A stretch of 64,000 bases of DNA from an uncultured Verrucomicrobiota bacterium. GTDB taxonomy: Bacteria > Verrucomicrobiota > Verrucomicrobiia > Limisphaerales > J093. Positions within the stretch are counted from its first letter, which is position 1. Every line of letters begins with the position of its first letter. The notes under the pieces were generated by a model. That model did no database searches, had not been told where the DNA came from, and saw only the letters and a list, made by a program, of their open reading frames with translations. A program made the translations under genes and the position numbers. This document shows positions 61,129 through 64,000 of the stretch, piece by piece. The DNA lies in assembly GCA_964472515.1 (NCBI GenBank), contig CAYYMW010000001.1, positions 33,528 through 97,527 on the forward strand, in the 5' to 3' direction.

Positions 61129-62280
61129 TTGCGAACGGAGCCATTTGAACGCTTACTGGCACCCAGCATGCGCTCGCCCAGTCGAACCCGTAGTGGCTTC
61201 TGGCCCGCCGCCGGACTCGCGGTGGTCGCGGCCTGGCTTTGTGGCTGCAACAGCAAGCCCGCCGCCCCCCCGAAGGCTGCCTCGGAACCCACGGTGACCG
61301 TCACGGTCGCGAAGGTGGAACGCGTCGCCTGGGATCGCGCCATCCCCGTGGTCGGCACGCTTTTTCCCATGGACGAAGCCGCGACCAGCGCCGAGGTCGA
61401 GGGCACGGTCCAGCAGACCCTGGTGGACTTTGGCGATCGGGTGAAGGAGGGACAGGTATTGGCGCGCATCGACACCGCGGCCTATGAGGCGCGTCGACAG
61501 CAAACGGCCGGGGTGCTGGCCAAGGCGCAGGCGAACCTGGCCAACGTGGAGCAGAACCTGCGGCGGGTGCAGGAACTCAGCCGCGATGGCATCGCCTCGT
61601 CGAGCGACCTCGACCAGGCCACCGCGCTGGCCGCGCAATGGCGCGCCGAGGTGAAGGCCGCCGAGGGCTCGGCCGCGGTGGCCGAGCTGGACTTCGCCCG
61701 CTCGGAGGTCAAGGCCCCCTTCGACGGAGCCATCGGGCAGCGGATGGCGTCCAAGGGGGACTTTGTGCGGGTGGGTTCGCCGCTCTTTCAGGTGGTCAAC
61801 GACGCCGTGCTCAAATTCATCTTCCAAGTGCCCGAGAAGTACGGGTCCGAGGTGGCCAAGGGCATGGTGACTACCTTCTCGGTGGACAACTATCCCGGAG
61901 AGGTCTTTGAAGGGCAGGTGTACCTGATCAGTCCCGCCGTCGAGGTCGATACCCGGGCGTTCAACGTAGGCGCCAAGGTCGCCAACGCGCAGCTCCGGCT
62001 CAAGGCGCGCACGTTCGCCCGGGGGCAGTTGGTGGTGCAGCGCGCCGCTCCCACGTTGACCGTTCCTTTGGAATCGGTGGTGAGCTTTGCCGGGGTGACC
62101 AAGGTGTTCGTGCTGGAGCAAACGGCGGCGCGGAGCCGCACCGTGCGGGTCGGCCGCGTTCAGGCCGGCCGGCAGGAGATCATCGAAGGAGTGGAGGAGG
62201 GCGCGGAGGTGGTGGTGACCGGCCACTCCAAACTCCAGGACGGCACCAAGGTGGTGGTGCGGGAGACCAAAAGCACCTGA
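61129..62280 (+). CDS. efflux RND periplasmic adaptor subunit (chromosomal flank)
   Basis: 383-aa ORF; ATG 61168 is also possible. Lipobox 'WLCGC'. MFP core 'VKEGQVLARID' and 'VKAPFDGAIGQR'. Confidence 0.8.
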   Translation: MRTEPFERLLAPSMRSPSRTRSGFWPAAGLAVVAAWLCGCNSKPAAPPKAASEPTVTVTVAKVERVAWDRAIPVVGTLFPMDEAATSAEVEGTVQQTLVDFGDRVKEGQVLARIDTAAYEARRQQTAGVLAKAQANLANVEQNLRRVQELSRDGIASSSDLDQATALAAQWRAEVKAAEGSAAVAELDFARSEVKAPFDGAIGQRMASKGDFVRVGSPLFQVVNDAVLKFIFQVPEKYGSEVAKGMVTTFSVDNYPGEVFEGQVYLISPAVEVDTRAFNVGAKVANAQLRLKARTFARGQLVVQRAAPTLTVPLESVVSFAGVTKVFVLEQTAARSRTVRVGRVQAGRQEIIEGVEEGAEVVVTGHSKLQDGTKVVVRETKST

Positions 62281-62586
62281 AGCCGCGCCGGGCCGGGAGC
62301 CTGGACGGCGAGCGTCGGCAGAATCGGCTTATTCCATCGTAAAGCGCTTCTACGCAATGGTTTGCCCAACTGGAGTTATGGTGTCTGCGTGCCGATGCCC
62401 GGGCGGCTTGGCCTGGGGCCGCACGCCCAGTCAGGGATTTCCGTCATAACTTCCCGCCACCATCTCAAGCTGCTGTGGGACTTTGGTTTGTGAGGTTCCC
62501 TGGCGGGAGGGCTCTAATCCACAAAGGCTTTTACAAGGGCGGAGGGAGTTGTTAGCCTCGCCCCTCTAAACAGTGCATCGGGATTT

Positions 62587-64000
62587 ATGAAAAGACTACA
62601 GATGGGCATCATCTGCGTGCTGGCTACGGTTTTGTTGGGAGTGCTGCTCTGGCGTTCGCACCAACCGGCGCCGAAGGTGGCGCCCGCCCACGCTGGCGCG
62701 GCGATTCCGCCCGCCGCGGGGACCTCTCTGCTGTCGCTGAAGGCGCTGACCCAGGCGCCGCCCGGCCGGGTGCCGACGGCGCCGGCCGCCGTCCCCGCCG
62801 TCCCGGTTGCCGCCAAGGCCACCATCCCGCCCGCGGCGCCCCAAGGGGCTTTTCTGGCTTGGGCCGAGTCGTATGTGGCCGCCGCCCAGCAGGGCGCCCT
62901 CCAGCCCAACATGCTGACGGAGGGCAAGACGCTCGCCGCCGCCCGGCGGGAACAGATGAAGGAGACCATCCGCGTGAACCCCAAAGCCGCGCTGGCCGCG
63001 CGGGTTCCCTGGCGCGTGCGCCAGCAACTGCCGGCCGAAGTGCAGGCGTTGCTGGAGCAGGAAGTGTCCGGCAAGGCGCGCTATATGGTCTACGCCATGA
63101 GCCCCGCGCCCGGCGCCCCGCGCCCCCGCGAGACCGTCTTTCGTGAGGTTACCCTGAACGGCGTCACCTACGAAGCCTATGTCTACGGGCGCCGTTTGCG
63201 GCAGATCAGCCGTTCGAGCATCCAATTGCATGGCATCGCGGTCGATAACGTCATGGCCGTGCATGAGGACGCGGGACGCCTCCTTGACCCCGAAGAGGCC
63301 CAGGCCCGCTGGGCCGGGGTGGTCGCGGCTTCCCCCGGCGGAACGGCCCATTGCCAGGTCTGCGGCGCCACGGTGTCCGGCGCCGCCGCCGGAACCGTGA
63401 TCGACACGGGGGCGTCGCTTCTGGCGGCTTGCGGTGCGCCGCACGCGGCCACTCTGAACCGGACGCTGGCGTTGGCCGAAACCTCACGCAGCGCCACGGC
63501 CGCTCCCGGCGCCCAGCCGGTGCCCGAGGATCCCGTCTGGACCATCGGCACCAAGCGCGTGCTGTACCTGCGCGCCGCCTTTCCGGATGACCTCACGGAG
63601 CCGATCACCGAGGCCGAGGCGATCGATGACATGCACAAGGTCAACGATTTCTACCTGGAGTCCTCCTACGGCAAGCTCTCGATGGTGACCACCGTCACCC
63701 CGCTGCTGGTGCTCGACAAGCCCAAGCTCACGTACATGGCCATGGGGCCTGGCGGCATCTTGGGCGACGCGATCTACGCCGCGTTTCTGGCCGGCATCGA
63801 TGTCGAGAGCTACGATCTGCACATCGTGCGCTTCATCTCCATGCCGGGCCAGGCCTTTGAAGGCTGGGCGGGACTCGGGGCGGTGGGCGGCAGCGGCACC
63901 ATGCTCCAGGCCTCCGGGCCGGGTGTCACCGCCCATGAGTTGGGGCACAACATGGGCCTCATGCACGCCAACTTCTGGAAAACGGACATTGCCACGCGGG
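62587..64000 (+). CDS. secreted zinc metalloprotease (HExxH), 3'-truncated by window end
   Basis: Not in the ORF track because no stop is reached. Hand translation from ATG 62587 gives MKRLQMGIICVLATVLLGVLLW... and stays open to nt 64000. 'TAHELGHNMGLMHA' lies at about 63930-63970. Confidence 0.6.
   Translation, partial: MKRLQMGIICVLATVLLGVLLWRSHQPAPKVAPAHAGAAIPPAAGTSLLSLKALTQAPPGRVPTAPAAVPAVPVAAKATIPPAAPQGAFLAWAESYVAAAQQGALQPNMLTEGKTLAAARREQMKETIRVNPKAALAARVPWRVRQQLPAEVQALLEQEVSGKARYMVYAMSPAPGAPRPRETVFREVTLNGVTYEAYVYGRRLRQISRSSIQLHGIAVDNVMAVHEDAGRLLDPEEAQARWAGVVAASPGGTAHCQVCGATVSGAAAGTVIDTGASLLAACGAPHAATLNRTLALAETSRSATAAPGAQPVPEDPVWTIGTKRVLYLRAAFPDDLTEPITEAEAIDDMHKVNDFYLESSYGKLSMVTTVTPLLVLDKPKLTYMAMGPGGILGDAIYAAFLAGIDVESYDLHIVRFISMPGQAFEGWAGLGAVGGSGTMLQASGPGVTAHELGHNMGLMHANFWKTDIATR

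Noticed and set aside
60956-61297. 113-aa ORF in the track spanning the tRNA fragment
   Set aside because: It reads straight through the tRNA-like sequence with a TTG start and has no protein-like features. It is most likely a chance ORF in GC-rich DNA.
1-64000. Search for CRISPR arrays, rRNA genes, intact tRNAs, IS elements or transposases
   Set aside because: By eye there are no regularly spaced repeats, no rRNA-like sequence, and no DDE or serine transposase motifs in any listed ORF. The only mobility genes are the integrase, relaxase and coupling protein.

Overview
GC-rich bacterial window; the secreted-protein style and the C-terminal '...FYRL..P' domains hint at the PVC group, but only weakly. 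Positions 1-61079 appear to be the right-hand part of an integrated conjugative or mobilizable element. It ends at a 46-nt tRNA(CAU) 3' fragment (61034-61079) beside a tyrosine integrase (59207-60760). Transfer functions are a type IV coupling protein and a ParA-like ATPase (609-3145), a MobF/TrwC relaxase-helicase (54848-57700) and RadC (58074-58619). No mating-pair-formation genes are visible in the window. About 50 kb between these genes is metal-resistance cargo. It contains three HME-RND tripartite pumps: CusCBA-like 19046-25812, CzcC..BA-like 34139-40537, and a B-A-C-ordered system 47752-53720. It also contains a Cu(I) P1B-ATPase (26760-29300), a Zn/Cd/Pb-type P1B-ATPase (44370-46592), a CDF transporter (53726-54682), a Tat-signal multicopper oxidase (31882-33519) and four ECF sigma factors. 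The most interesting signal is a 28-nt bipartite ECF-type promoter element, consensus TGAGGG(T/G)TTTC-N11-CGTAAG. It occurs 11 times between 8.2 and 17.9 kb, with one degenerate copy at 30.2 kb, always correctly oriented upstream of a gene. Two of those targets are CnrYXH-like anti-sigma/sensor/sigma triads, which suggests autoregulation. The other targets are small secreted Cys- or His-rich proteins, TRASH mini-proteins, a DUF3347 protein and stand-alone CBM48 (AMPK-beta-like) domain proteins. Five families of uncharacterised small proteins recur as paralog pairs or quartets next to the pumps. One pump carries an eight-gene, partly translationally coupled tail: short-T-loop PII-like, CBM48, GDCCVxC, secreted protein, CBM48, lipoprotein, receiver. 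Right of 61080 the genes look chromosomal: an RND adaptor and a 3'-truncated HExxH metalloprotease that is absent from the ORF track. All calls come from reading the sequence and the ORF translations; no database search was run.
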